From the human T2T-CHM13v2.0 reference genome, Homo sapiens, in the NCBI RefSeq assembly GCF_009914755.1, contig NC_060944.1: DNA of 64,000 nt, one strand, 5' to 3'. Made by a program: the position numbers and the translations under genes. Position 1 is the first letter of the stretch, and the number at the start of each line of letters is the position of its first letter. Below, piece after piece: positions 11,802-23,394 of the stretch. Below the pieces are notes generated by a model. The model had not been told where the DNA came from, made no database searches, and saw nothing but the letters and a program-made list of their open reading frames with translations.

Positions 11802-13364
11802 CCTTCCCAGCCTGGGGGCTGGAGGTCGGGCAGCCTAGAAGGATCTGGGCTGTTCACCTTGAAGAGCGCAATCACTGAGGAGGTGGGTGAATTCCTTCCT
11901 GATCCTGGTCGGAAGTCAGGACTGCACTGAATGCACCTCGTGAGGGGGGCCAGCAAGCATGGCACTTGGGGCACTGGAAGGGTTGGGTTTTCCTCAGCGA
12001 GAGGGACCAGCAAGAGCAGAGATGTGATCTGCGTCTCTGCCACTTCTTCAAGCCTTAAACTACAGCCCTCAGGTTCCTTCCACCCCCAGCAGGAAGAATG
12101 TATATCTTGCTCTGTTGTGATTAAACATTTCTCCTTGATGAAGGCAGGGAGGTACCAGGGAGCTGCTGATCCCTCAGGCTCAGCTGTGTCTGTACCAGTG
12201 CCTCCAGCATCTGCTCATAGATCCACACACAGCCCAGCATTTTGTTACCTATATTGATCACTGATGAGGAATTGAATGGAGTCTGGAATTTGGTTTCTGG
12301 TGAAGAAACTAGGGCACAGGAGCCGAAAGCCACATTTTCAGGTGTTTTCCTGGCTTTTTCCCCTCAGCGGAGACAGATTCTTTGATTAACGCAGAGCTAG
12401 TGTCTTTGCAGCTCCTAAGTGATCGATATGCTACTGGTCTCATCCGGACCTCTCAGCTACTCCAGTGAGTTAAGGCGATATTTAAAATGCTCACTGCAAC
12501 TGCTTTGCATTTCTCCGGTGTCATCTACCTTGCTAATTGCTTGTGTTAAGCAATTAGCAGCTTCGCCAATCAGCCTGGGGTGTGCTGGCTGTGGGGATGA
12601 GATTTCTTCATGACTTGCTTTTCCTAGTGGATTGAGTGCATATTTCCAATCGGCATTAGTAAGGTTGAGTTTGCAATAGCAGCTGCCAGTGCCAGCTCCA
12701 GCCTGGAGAACAGGGACAGCCCCTGCCCTGATTTTTCCTCCCACTGGTCTCCCTTCATGTTTGTTATATCACCCAACCCCAGGCTCACAGGAGTAACTGA
12801 GGAACGGAAGCATGAAGCACAGACTATGCCTCCAGTTGTTAATGAGCCAGACCAGGTTTGCTGCAAAACAACCAGGTCACAGTAGTTTGGAGCACAGCTT
12901 CCATGCCTCCTAAAGCACAGTGACAAATTGCTATTGGGAGTTTTTTGTTTTTAATTAAATTGGGAACAAGTGCTCCCGGAGCACTGGCAATGTCTCTGCT
13001 GACATGCACGGGGGCGCACGTTGCTCTGACACCCACTTCTATGCATGTGCTGAGGACACAAGAAGCTAAGCATTGCTCTGCCTGAGACTTAGCGCCTTCC
13101 ATGATGATATCTGAAGCTGAAAAATATCCCGTGTCCGGACATACTGTGAATTACAGCACACTCAGCCAAAAATAGATCAGAGAGACTTTCTGAGAGTCAC
13201 TCACTTCTCTGTCCACTTCGGAGAACTCAGCTTTGATTGGCATTATGGACAAAACAGATCTGATTTCTGTCCTCAACAGGCATTAAACAATCCTAGGAAA
13301 ATACATCGCATATTATGATATGTGCTATGAATAATAATAATCTTAACAATCACAAACCATGATT

Positions 13365-13582
13365 AACATTAAGGAGCAGTTACTGTGAGTCAGACATTGT
13401 TCTAAGCAACTGACATTTATCAACTCATTTGATCCTTACAACAATTTTTTCGTTATTATCTCCACTTTACAAATGAAGGAATTTAGCATAGATGATGTGA
13501 AAACACCTTGCCAAAGTCAAGAGCTAGTATGCTGTGGAGTCAGGACCTGGATGTGCAGCCAGACCCTAGGGCTCAGCTCATA
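13365..13582 (-). mobile_element. MIR
   Basis: CATTGTTCTAAGC...CTCATTTGATCCTTACAACAA...TTATTATCTCCACTTTACAAATGAAG...CTTGCCAAAGTCA. Confidence 0.75.
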
Positions 13583-13688
13583 ACAGGGGAATGTGAATTC
13601 AAAGTCATGACCTAATATGCTGTGCAGTCAGGACCTGGATGTGCAGACAGACTCCAGGGCTCAGCTCGTAACAGGGGAATGTGAATTC
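13513..13688. repeat. 88-bp tandem duplication (8 mismatches)
   Basis: AAAGTCAAGAGCTAGTATGC...GTGAATTC (13513-13600) versus AAAGTCATGACCTAATATGC...GTGAATTC (13601-13688). Confidence 0.9.
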
Positions 13689-13739
13689 ATCCTTTGCTGG
13701 TTTTCTCTGGACTCTTATCTGGTCAGACTTGAGTCCCCA

Positions 13740-15195
13740 CAGCCCTGCAGACACTGCTCTTGTCAAGGTCACCTTCATGATCTAAGCCCGGGGGTCTGTT
13801 CTCAGTCTTGGCCTCCCTGAATTCATCTGCGGCTTGCACAGCTGATTCCTTGAAGCACCATGGACGTGTGGCTGCAGCCAGATCCTACTGCTTATCCTTC
13901 TACCTTTCTGTTCCTTGCACACTGTTCTCCTAGTTCCTTCTTGTCTCCCAACGTCCAAACCTCACTGCCCTGGGCTCACTCCTTGGACCTCTTTGCCGTT
14001 TTATATGTGCTTACTTCCTTGATGACCTCGCCCCATCTAATGGCTTCGAATAAATCTATATGGTGATAATTCCAGTTTACCTTGTGTTTTGACTTTTCCC
14101 TCAACCCTGGAGGACCAGCAAATCTAACTACATACTCAGCATTTTCATTTGGATGTCTAGTAGGACATTTCCAGGGTGATCTGCCCAAGATAGAGCTCCT
14201 GTCCACCCTCCCATCCTACTACCAAACTGACCTCATTCCCTGGCCTTCTGCATCCTGCCAGTGGTAATGCTCTCCTTCCAGTTGTTCAGGCTAAGACATT
14301 TGGTGTTATCCTTGATTGCCTTCTTGGCTTTGTTTATAAAAGATGCCCAGAATCTCCCTGTGCCCAGCACGGCCTCTCAGCACCCTGGTCCCAGCCCTGC
14401 TGCCTCCAGGCAGGCTTGATGCAGCAGCCAGTTTTCCTGTTCCTGGCATCCCTGCTGCAGCCACACAGGGCCCTGGTAGTGTGCAGGGATGTGGACCCCC
14501 GCATGGTCTAGAGCTTGACTTAGAAATTCAACTTTTGCTTCCGCTTCTGAGTAACTGTGCTTCTATGAGAATGTCATTTAGACTCTTGTGGACGGAAAAT
14601 GGGCCTGATATTAGTTTTTGCCCCTCAGAGTTGTTGATGTAGGTAAAGAGTTTGAACTTAGGTCTGGCTCATATTGAGGGCTCTACAACACTGCTATTAT
14701 TATGAACGCAAAAGGCAAAGCACGGGACCCAGGGCTCAAATCCTCCACTGGCCTCCAAGTCGAAGTGAAACATAAACCACAACAGTGGCCTCCAGGGCTT
14801 CACCTTTCACCTCTGCCCCCTCTTCTTTTCTCCAGTCACCTCCTGCACTCACTCTGATGTGCCAGGCTCTGGCCTGTGGCCTCTGCATGTACTGTTTCCT
14901 CTGTCTGAAAGTCTCTTCCCCTATGAGGCCATCTCTGGTTTCCTATTCCACGTGGCAGTGCTGCTCCCAGGCCATCCACTCTTCACCCAGCTTTCCCTTC
15001 CTGCATAACAGCTGTCACCACTGACATCACACTGGCTATTGATCTTGTTCGTTGCCAGTCTCTCTGCTAGAATGTAAGCTTGGTGAAGGCAGTGGGTGGG
15101 AGGGAGTACTTTATTCTCTTCCACATCCCAGCCTCTAGAGCCATGTTTTAACTGCCTACACAGTAGGCAGTTAATAATGGATGTTAATTGAATGA
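13740..15195 (+). mobile_element. L2 3' portion, interrupted by a MIR at ~14480-14703
   Basis: ACTGCTCTTGTCAAGGTCACC (RT TALVKVT motif), TTTGGATGTCTAGTAGGACATTTC, and 3' end CTAGAATGTAAGCTT...GTAGGCAGTTAATAATGGATGTTAATTGAATGA. Confidence 0.7.
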
Positions 15196-15509
15196 TTAAA
15201 TTAAATATAAAAACAGCTGGCACTTATTGGGTGCCAACAATCTTGCATACCGATTCCCATTCAATCCCACCATAGCTCTGTGCCATAGGGCCTTATTTTT
15301 AGATCTTTCACTTTGTTGATGAACAGAGTGAAGCACGGTGTGGCTGACGTGCCCAAGGCCAATGGTGGGTGGGTGTGAAGCCAAGAGGCACCTCCGAAAG
15401 CCTAATTCTAGAGCTGCAACCATTCTGAATTTCAGTGAATTCTCAACCTGTCTGCTGTGTGCATTTGCTTCCTCTCAGTGATCTCTATATTCTGAGTGGG
15501 GTTAGACCC

Positions 15510-15622
15510 TTGAAGTGTGGCTTGTGCCACTGAGGAGCTGAATTTTTAATTGGCTTCATTTGTATTAATTTAAATTTACATAGTTACACATGGCTGGTGG
15601 CTATCTTATTGTACAGTCCAGG
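15510..15622. mobile_element. hAT-Charlie DNA transposon remnant (MER3/MER33-like)
   Basis: GTGGCTTGTGCCACTGAGGAGCTGAATTTTTAATT...ACATGGCTGGTGGCTATCTTATTGTACAG. Confidence 0.6.
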
Positions 15623-15698
15623 TCAGCATGGCCTCTTACCAACAAAGCCCTCTCTTTCTCATTGTCTTGTGCCAACATTTCTTTTAAAAATAGATGTC

Positions 15699-16063
15699 TG
15701 CTATAGACTGAATATTTGTGTTCCCTCAAAATTCATGTTTTGAAATCTTCACTCCCCAAGTTGATGATATTAGGAGGCAGGGCCTTTGGAAGTTGACTCC
15801 ATCATGAGAGTGGAGCCCTCGAGAATGGGATTAGTGCCCTAATAAAAGAGGCCCCAGAGAGCTCCCTCACCCCTTTGCCATGTGAGGAAGCAGTAAGAAG
15901 GCACCATCTCTGAAGCAGAGAGCAGCCCTCAGCAGACACTGAATATGCCGGCGCCTGGATCTTGGACTTCCCAGCCTTCAGAACTGTGGGCAAGACGTCT
16001 CTATTGTTTCTAAATTATCAAGTCAAAGATATTTTGTTTCAGCAAGTTGAATAGGCTAAGACA
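15699..16063 (+). mobile_element. MaLR solo LTR (MLT1A/MLT1A0-like) with 5-bp TSD
   Basis: TGCTATAGACTGAATATTTGTG...GGCTAAGACA; TSD ATGTC at 15694-15698 and 16064-16068. Confidence 0.9.
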
Positions 16064-19000
16064 ATGTCCTTACAGCCAGGTGAAGTGGGCCCTTCCTTTG
16101 ACTAAGAGAAATGCATTATCCACTGTGGCAATGTCATTGAAGGTCATCTGCTCATTGTGGCACAGAATTTTTGCCTGTCATTTTGCCAAAGATCTCATTT
16201 GCTTTCAAATTGCAAGTCTAGCAGAATCCCAGGGATCCAGTGGCCCTGATTCTCTGATTGTGTGTAATAGTAAATATTCTGTAGCAGTTGGAGAAGTGTG
16301 TTAATAGATGTCAACAGAGATGCAAGGTGATGCTTGTCAAATCACTGATTTTTAGAGCAGGGGGTTTTCAGAGTAGGTCTGGCAGGAATGGGTATGTTCC
16401 TTTCCCCAAGGCCCTGACACCTTTTATTCAAACATAAATCATTCTATTCTTTCACAGACAGACAAATGAGACAACTCTGGGATTGACCAAAGGGTATTCT
16501 TTCCATTTCAATTCCAACTTGTTGGTTCTGATATTCCTTTGGGGGCCACTTTTATTTGCCATGCTATGTTGATTGTCTGAGGAAGTAACTCAACAGGAAA
16601 TACAATTATTGCAGAACTGTGGTGCTGTACTGCAAATTTCACAACAGAGTTGCTGGGATTCCTGGTTCTTAGGGCCCATGTTTGTTGAGGTTCACAGCAG
16701 CATAGGATTGACAGAGCAATGCACACCTGCATGGATCCCTTGGCTTAGGAATGGGAGCGTTGCAGTTGGCTGGGACTGCTGACACTTAACTGCAACCCAG
16801 GGATCTCTCGAAGCAGTTGCTGGTTTGGCTCCAATTACTGTCATGTATCTAATACTTTAAAGGGTATGCAAGAAACACAGAAGCAAAACCAATTTCAGAC
16901 TCAGCTTTGTTCTCTCAAGGATCCCCATGTAGCCCAATGCTTGGGGAAGACGGCTGGATGAGTGGTGGCATGCAAGGTGGTTAGAAAGCTGCTATTTCCA
17001 AGTCATTCAGACCAAGCCTTTGAAGGACACTCATGGCCTCAGTCACTCAGTATGCACCTACCAGCCACTTTCTCCTGCGTGCATCTCTGTCATCACTGTG
17101 TTTTGTCAGTGGAGGCGAGACGCAGTGCTGCCCAGGGCTGGGATGGTGGTGAGCACGCCTCATAAACATGCTCTGTGAGTGGGAGAATTCGAATGCTGCA
17201 TGCCAGCTGACTTTCTGTCACCCACACTGACCCTCTCAATACTGCATGCTGAGCTCCACTAACTCCCATACTATGTAATTGATGGAGTGGAACAAACTTC
17301 ACAGCAAGTTAAATGCAGACTTTATTCAAGCTCCAAGGGACTTGGAAAGACCTTCAGCCCAGTCAGCCCAGATGAGCCCACCTCTGTGAGCCCCTTGATT
17401 TGGAATGGCGGCTTGTATGTCTGTGTCAACAGGAAGCTCACTGCATTGTGACTCAGGTGAGGAGGCCTGCCCTGGGAGCAAACTCCTCTGCAGCCATCAT
17501 CACGACAGGCACAGCACAAGGGTGAGTCTCTCATCTGGCCAGAGCCTCCCCAACCCACTGGGGCAGCAGTCACATCAAAGGCCTGCCCTGCGATGCACCA
17601 GCCTGGAGGGGGGCATCATGCCCATTAGGGCTTTGGTGCCTCCAGTGGGTACAGAAGTCTGGAAGAGCTGGGAATGTTTCTCTCGGGGGAAAGGTTGACT
17701 TTACCTGCAAACCAATTTATATGTGTCTGCCTTTTCTGGAGGATGACCTGGAAAAATGATGTGCACATACTATCCATGCACTGAGAGACAAGGTGGGACA
17801 CCCCATGAGAGTGGTACAGGCAGTTATTTTGGGTGCTAAGCAGTTAGGGTGATTTTTGGCTGGAGGTATTCAGGGAGGCTAATCTCTGGCATTTTGATTG
17901 GTGGGATCAAGAAGGCAGGGGAAAAGCTACAGAGATAGGGATAAGGGGAACCCACGCAGGCTGGAGTTTTTGGAGAGTGGAGTGAGGTGGAGAATATGGC
18001 AGCACATGGACCCTAACAGTATCACAGCAGCCTGTGGACACCAGTCACAGAGCTCAGGTCCAACTCGGAAAGCATCAGGAGCATTTGAGAATTTGGGGAA
18101 AGAAAGACCTCATCAAGGTGGGCTTCTAAGAAGACTCCCCCTGCCAGTTGAGCAGGAAGCGGGAGGGAGGAGGGAAGCCAGTGTCTCCCCCTGCCTCCTT
18201 GCAGAGGAACGATGTTTGTAACAGCAGGTTCTTGGGGGTGGATGTGGTCTCAACTAAGATGGCAGGTCCAGGGTGACACCAGCGGGATTCAGGCTCTGCC
18301 AGGTCACAAGTTTTGGAGATGGTGACTACACCTGCTTTGAACTCCTAAAAACCAGTAATGAATGCCCCAGGGTACAGGAATGGTGTGGCGGGTACAGGGC
18401 AGCCTGTCAGCCTCCAGGTCCAGCCCATGGCCTTCCCCTATGGACCTGTCTCTGGTAGGCCTTGCAGACCCTTCCCCTGGCAGGGCAACCTTGCCACACA
18501 CTCCTCATCCCCTCATCCCCCCTTGCCCAGGCTTCCCTACTTAGCCAGTGATTTGATTTCCTTTGCGTATGAGTGCATCCGCCTTCCCTCCTCTTCATAA
18601 CACGCCTGTACCCGTGGCCCACTCAGTCCTGCACCTTGACTCAAATCTTTTTGTGATTGTCCTTCAGTGTGACCCCCTCTGAATGGACTCCCTCTTCTCT
18701 CTGTAAAGACACTCGAAAACATAAATTGTCCTCCGAGCAAACCTATCACTCAACCCCACTGCCTTCCTGCTTCACATCCTGTGACATCGAGGGGAGACCA
18801 AAGGCTCCAGGGAGGGGAGGACCTCAGGAAAGGAGCCTCCTAGCTCCTGCCTCTGCCCCAGGAAAGGAGTGGACAACACACACCATCGGCTCCAGAACAA
18901 GATCGCTTTGTTCTGTTCATTGTTACTGTCCTGTGTTTGTTCATTATTCCCCATGTTTCCTAAGATATGTTTTCTAAGCCAACACATTAGTTCAAATTAC

Positions 19001-19852
19001 TGCATTTTTCTTGAATCTTGACAAGAAAATTATGTAGGAAGTAGATTTGAGTTTTTGCGTAGCTGTGTCTACTGTGACCCAATGGACTTTCACCCTGAAC
19101 CTTTCATTTCTTGTGCAAATCACACTTCTCTGCATCCTTTCCTACCATGTTACTCGAGAGCTGCGGCTGAGTAACGTTTTAGCACAGCATCAATTTCCCT
19201 GGCATTAGGTCTTGATTTGTCCAGAAAATGAAAACTTAAGCTCTCTCAAGGACACACCTGAAATTTTATCCCTTTAGAACTAATAGCTTGATTTTGTCAA
19301 TGATGATTTGATCCTGTTGAATTTCTGACCCTTTCAGGTAAGCCCTGGACCAAGCCACAAAGGTAGCAAGATTGGTTTTCGGAGTTTCTCATAGGCTATT
19401 CTTCTTGCCTTCTGTCACACTCACTCCATCAGGGCCTGTTTGCTGCCCAGATGAGCCACACACATCGGCTGGATGAAATGAAACTTGCCCTTCTTGTCCT
19501 ACATGTCTGTATCTAAAAGTATACATTTTGGAAAGAGGCCTTATTAATCTAAATACTTTTTATTTTAAGGTAAGAATTTTAATTTCTATTTCATTTGGTG
19601 ATATTTTGTTCATATTAGTTGTCCTGTGGGTTTGCAAGGAAATCCATCCAGGTTACAAAAGAACATTTTATAACTCTTATTTTTAACCTAGAAATAGCAA
19701 AGAAACAAAACATTAGTACTGTTTTAAACATGGGTGGACACTTACAGCTCATTTGGCTTAAATGATGGCAGGTTATCTGTGAGCTGAGGATTCAAGACAT
19801 CTGAGGGAAGAGTGGGGTACAGGGAGCAGCGTGGGGGCTGAAATGCACAGTG

Positions 19853-19965
19853 TCATGTGTGTGGGAGTGTGATGTGCATGCAGTGTGCATGTGTGTGCGG
19901 GATGTGTGTGATAGATGATGTATGTGTGCCTGTGATCTGGTGTGTGTGTATGTGTGTGTGCAGGT
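19853..19965. repeat. Degenerate (TG)n tract
   Basis: TGTGTGTGGGAGTGTGATGTGCATG...TGTGTGTGTATGTGTGTGTG. Confidence 0.8.
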
Positions 19966-19979
19966 GTCTGCGTTGGAGT

Positions 19980-20306
19980 AGTTTAGTGGGAATCCCTGAC
20001 TCCTGACAGCTGATCAAGCTTCCCACCTCCACCATCCCCCAGGAGATGTCTGAACCCTGTCTGCTTTCAGCAAGAATCCTACTAGGTCGGGTTAGCCAGA
20101 TTCCCCCACCTACAGGCCGGATGCTTCCTCTTATTGATTTAGCATCCGCTGACCCCCCCCTGCTCTTTGGTGAAAGTCCCCACTGTCCATGCTGTAGGAG
20201 TGACCCATGTTCTACTTTGAGGCTTCTTTTATCCTACTGCAATCATTCCTGAACCAAATCTATTTTTACGGCTTTAACTATTGTCCAGTTCTGGTTTTCT
20301 TTAGCG
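19980..20306 (+). mobile_element. MER31-like ERV1 LTR (3' part)
   Basis: CAGCAAGAATCCTACTAGGTCGGGTTAGCCAGATTCCCCC...CATCCGCTGACCCCCCCCTGCTCTTTGG. Confidence 0.65.
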
Positions 20307-22999
20307 GAGGGAAGCAGCCAGGGGGGTCTCCATAGTCAACTTGACCTTGATCTTCATAAAAGGTACGAAGGCACTTTCAGGCCAAACTTCTAGTGAACCT
20401 GGGACATTTTGGGAGCTAAGTGAGCTGCCAGCGGCCCTAGGATCAGAGTGGGGAAGGGACTAGGGTCTTCCTCAATCTCAGGCTTAATGACTGGGGGCAT
20501 TTCAGCTCCACTTACTGCTCTGTCTTTCATAACTTTGTCCAAACCCTTTTTTGGGATTCTTCCAGAAGCAAAGGGAAGCACAGTGTTGATTACTCGCTGT
20601 GTGAGCAGTGCGTTCCCTTCTGTGCTATATGAGTACTTTGCTCACATCTTACATTTCACTTTACACATGTGTGTCAGGGTTTGGGAAACCAGTCTCGTTT
20701 TATCCTTGACTTTATTTTTTGGCATCTTGACTGGAGCATCTCTATGTGCATGCACCCTCACTGCCATCTCCTGGGTTCTCTGTTCCAGTGTCTTGTGGAT
20801 TTTCTCCTCCCCTATTTCTGACCATGAAAGGCAGCATCCCCGCTGCCCTGCCCATCGGTGGCACTGCTCCCTGCAGTTCTCTGGCCAGATTCAGAACCCA
20901 CAAAATGAGACCTTGTCTCCCTTTCCCTTTTCCAGCCCAGACTCAGACCCAGACCCACCCTATGCAGCCTGGGACACCCTTGCAATGGCTCCCAGCCTCC
21001 TCAGCTCTCTTGCAGCGCTTGTTATTGTAAACCAAACCCATTGCTTCCTTTCATATACCTGGTGCTAACCTAACCTGTCCTGATTCCCTTTCTCTACTTC
21101 TCGTGTCCTTCCAATACTTCAAAACTACATTTAATACTCCATGTTCACATGAATCATGTATGAAAAGAAAAGCTATTGATTTATATTTTCTTTTTTGTTG
21201 TTTTAATGATATGCCTTCCTTCGCATTCTCATTTTTGTATATGGTTGCCTATTACAGCAAGTTCCTCAAAGAAAAATGTGAAGTGATGTCTGTGGCTTTG
21301 TATTATAAGGTAGATATCTTAAATTCCTTCTTTTAAAAAATAACTATATCAGGTCATTATTTATCTCTAAAAGAACTAACTTTTATTAATAAACCTTAAG
21401 GCTCATTTGCCACTCTACCTACTCATAGGAACTTCTAATAAACTCATCTGTATAAGAGGAAACATCCTTGGCATGTCATGGGTCTTTGCAGAGATTAATG
21501 TAGTAAATAAGTTACATCGAACAGTTCCTAACTCTGCTCTAGTGACAACAGCAGCAGCTGGCCCCCTTGTCCTCATGCCCACTCCCTATACAAGAGTGGA
21601 TTCTGTGCCCTTACTTAAGCATCATTGTCTCCTTGTGCAGTGTTCACCAGGACCCGCAGCGGGGTGAGTTTACTAAGATGGTGTTGAGTCCTGGTTCCCA
21701 AGGACAGGCCTCACAGCCTGTGTCAGAAAATAGCACAGGGGAGGTGTAGGTCCGAGAGGTGGGTTGTCCATTGCAGTCCACCTATCACCTTCTCCAGACA
21801 ACACAGCGGGGCTGCTCTGTGCTAGGAGTATTATTGCTTTCTGAAATTGTGCAGGGATCTATGCACTGCTCCTTTTAGTTTGAAATACTTTCAGACTGTA
21901 AGCAGTTTAAACTAGATAAACTGTATTTCCTTCCAGCTAAAATATTCTCTCATCCTGTCTTCATAAAACCCATGCATGCAGAGAATCCAAAAATAAATCA
22001 CGCAATGCATGTCACCTTCGTTTCCCATTGCCTTGCAGCCCAATCAAACAAAAATTCCTTAAACACAGCCTTATTAAAGTCACTGCTTTGTAACTGCTGG
22101 GAATATGAAACAAGCAATTTAGTCTCACTTGAGGGACAGACCCCACCTTCTGGTGTTTGATTCTGTGCCCTTCCTATCTGAACCACCTTCCTTGACGATC
22201 TCTGCTGTTAGCTTAGAAGGAAAACACTATCCATGATTGTTCTATGTTCCCAGCTGATTGGAGCTATGGAGGTGAGGTGTACTTGAAGCTGGAGAACCTC
22301 CTATGCTTGATATGTTTTATGTTTTGCAAATTCCTCTAAATACACAAGAATGCTAGTTGCTGAGACAGGCAGGACTGCAAGAACTTGGTATTTACCTAAG
22401 ACCCTGTAGCACTTTTCTGTAACACTCCAAAATCCTGGCACCTCCTGGCCATCATCCTCACTGCTTCTCCCACAGAGTCCCGGTCAATCATTAACACCAG
22501 CCTCACTCATCGCTCAGCCACTCAGTACGACAATGATGGTGGGAACGCAGATCTGCTGTCCCTCTAATAACTGTCGAGTAGGAGATCGCAGAATGTCAGC
22601 TCCAGAAATGGCTCGCATATTTCCTGTGTGTTATTGCTTTTTAACCCAGATCATCTTGGAAGAGAAATAGCTTTCATTTATATTCTAAACTCATGCAAAG
22701 GGTGGTAAAGCTTGCTGATTCAAGAATCTGATTTATTTTACAGAAATTAACATAACCACTAAAATCAAACCCATTCCCTTCCCCAGTGTGGTTGCTAAAG
22801 TGGCCCAGTTATGATAAAGAGAGTGCAAGAGTATGAGTCTCATTTTCTGCTCATCTATTTTATTTTGATGCCTTTATTAAATGCAGGAGGCACGGCTGCT
22901 CTGATGGGTCTCCTCCCTTCACTCCTCTGGAACAGCCCTACCTTGCCATCAGCATCTGGTTTTTTTTTAAACAATATGTCTTCTGATTTAAACAATGCC

Positions 23000-23394
23000 T
23001 TTATTATTGTATTAAAATATACATAACATAAAATTTACCATCTTAACCCTTTTAAAGTACACAGTTCAGTGATATTAAGTACATTTACATTGTTGCACAA
23101 TCATCACCAGCCCCATCTCCAGAACACTTTTCATCTTCAAAACTGAAACTCTGTACCCATTAAACACTCCCCACTCTCCCCCTCCCAGCCCCTGGCAGCC
23201 ACCATTCTACTTTGTCGTGACGAATTTGATGACTCTAGCCACTTACATAAGTGGAATCATTGTAAGTAATGAATCACTGGCTTATTTCATTTAGCATAAT
23301 GTCCTCAGAGTTCATCCGTGTTGTGATATGTGTCAGAATTTCCTTCCTTTTTAAGGCTGAACACTGTTCCATTGTATGGAAATGCCACATTTTG
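23000..23394 (-). mobile_element. L1MB-type 3' UTR
   Basis: AAAATATACATAACATAAAATTTACCATCTTAACC...AAACTGAAACTCTGTACCCATTAAAC...CTGGCTTATTTCATTTAGCATAATGTCCTC. Confidence 0.85.

Noticed and set aside
11221-11838. 205-aa ORF
   Set aside because: Lies across an antisense MLT1 LTR and the 28-bp duplication, starts at a non-ATG codon, and has no recognisable domain.
20448-21068. 206-aa hydrophobic ORF
   Set aside because: Non-ATG start and no recognisable family (no GPCR or olfactory receptor motifs); explained by T/C-rich composition.
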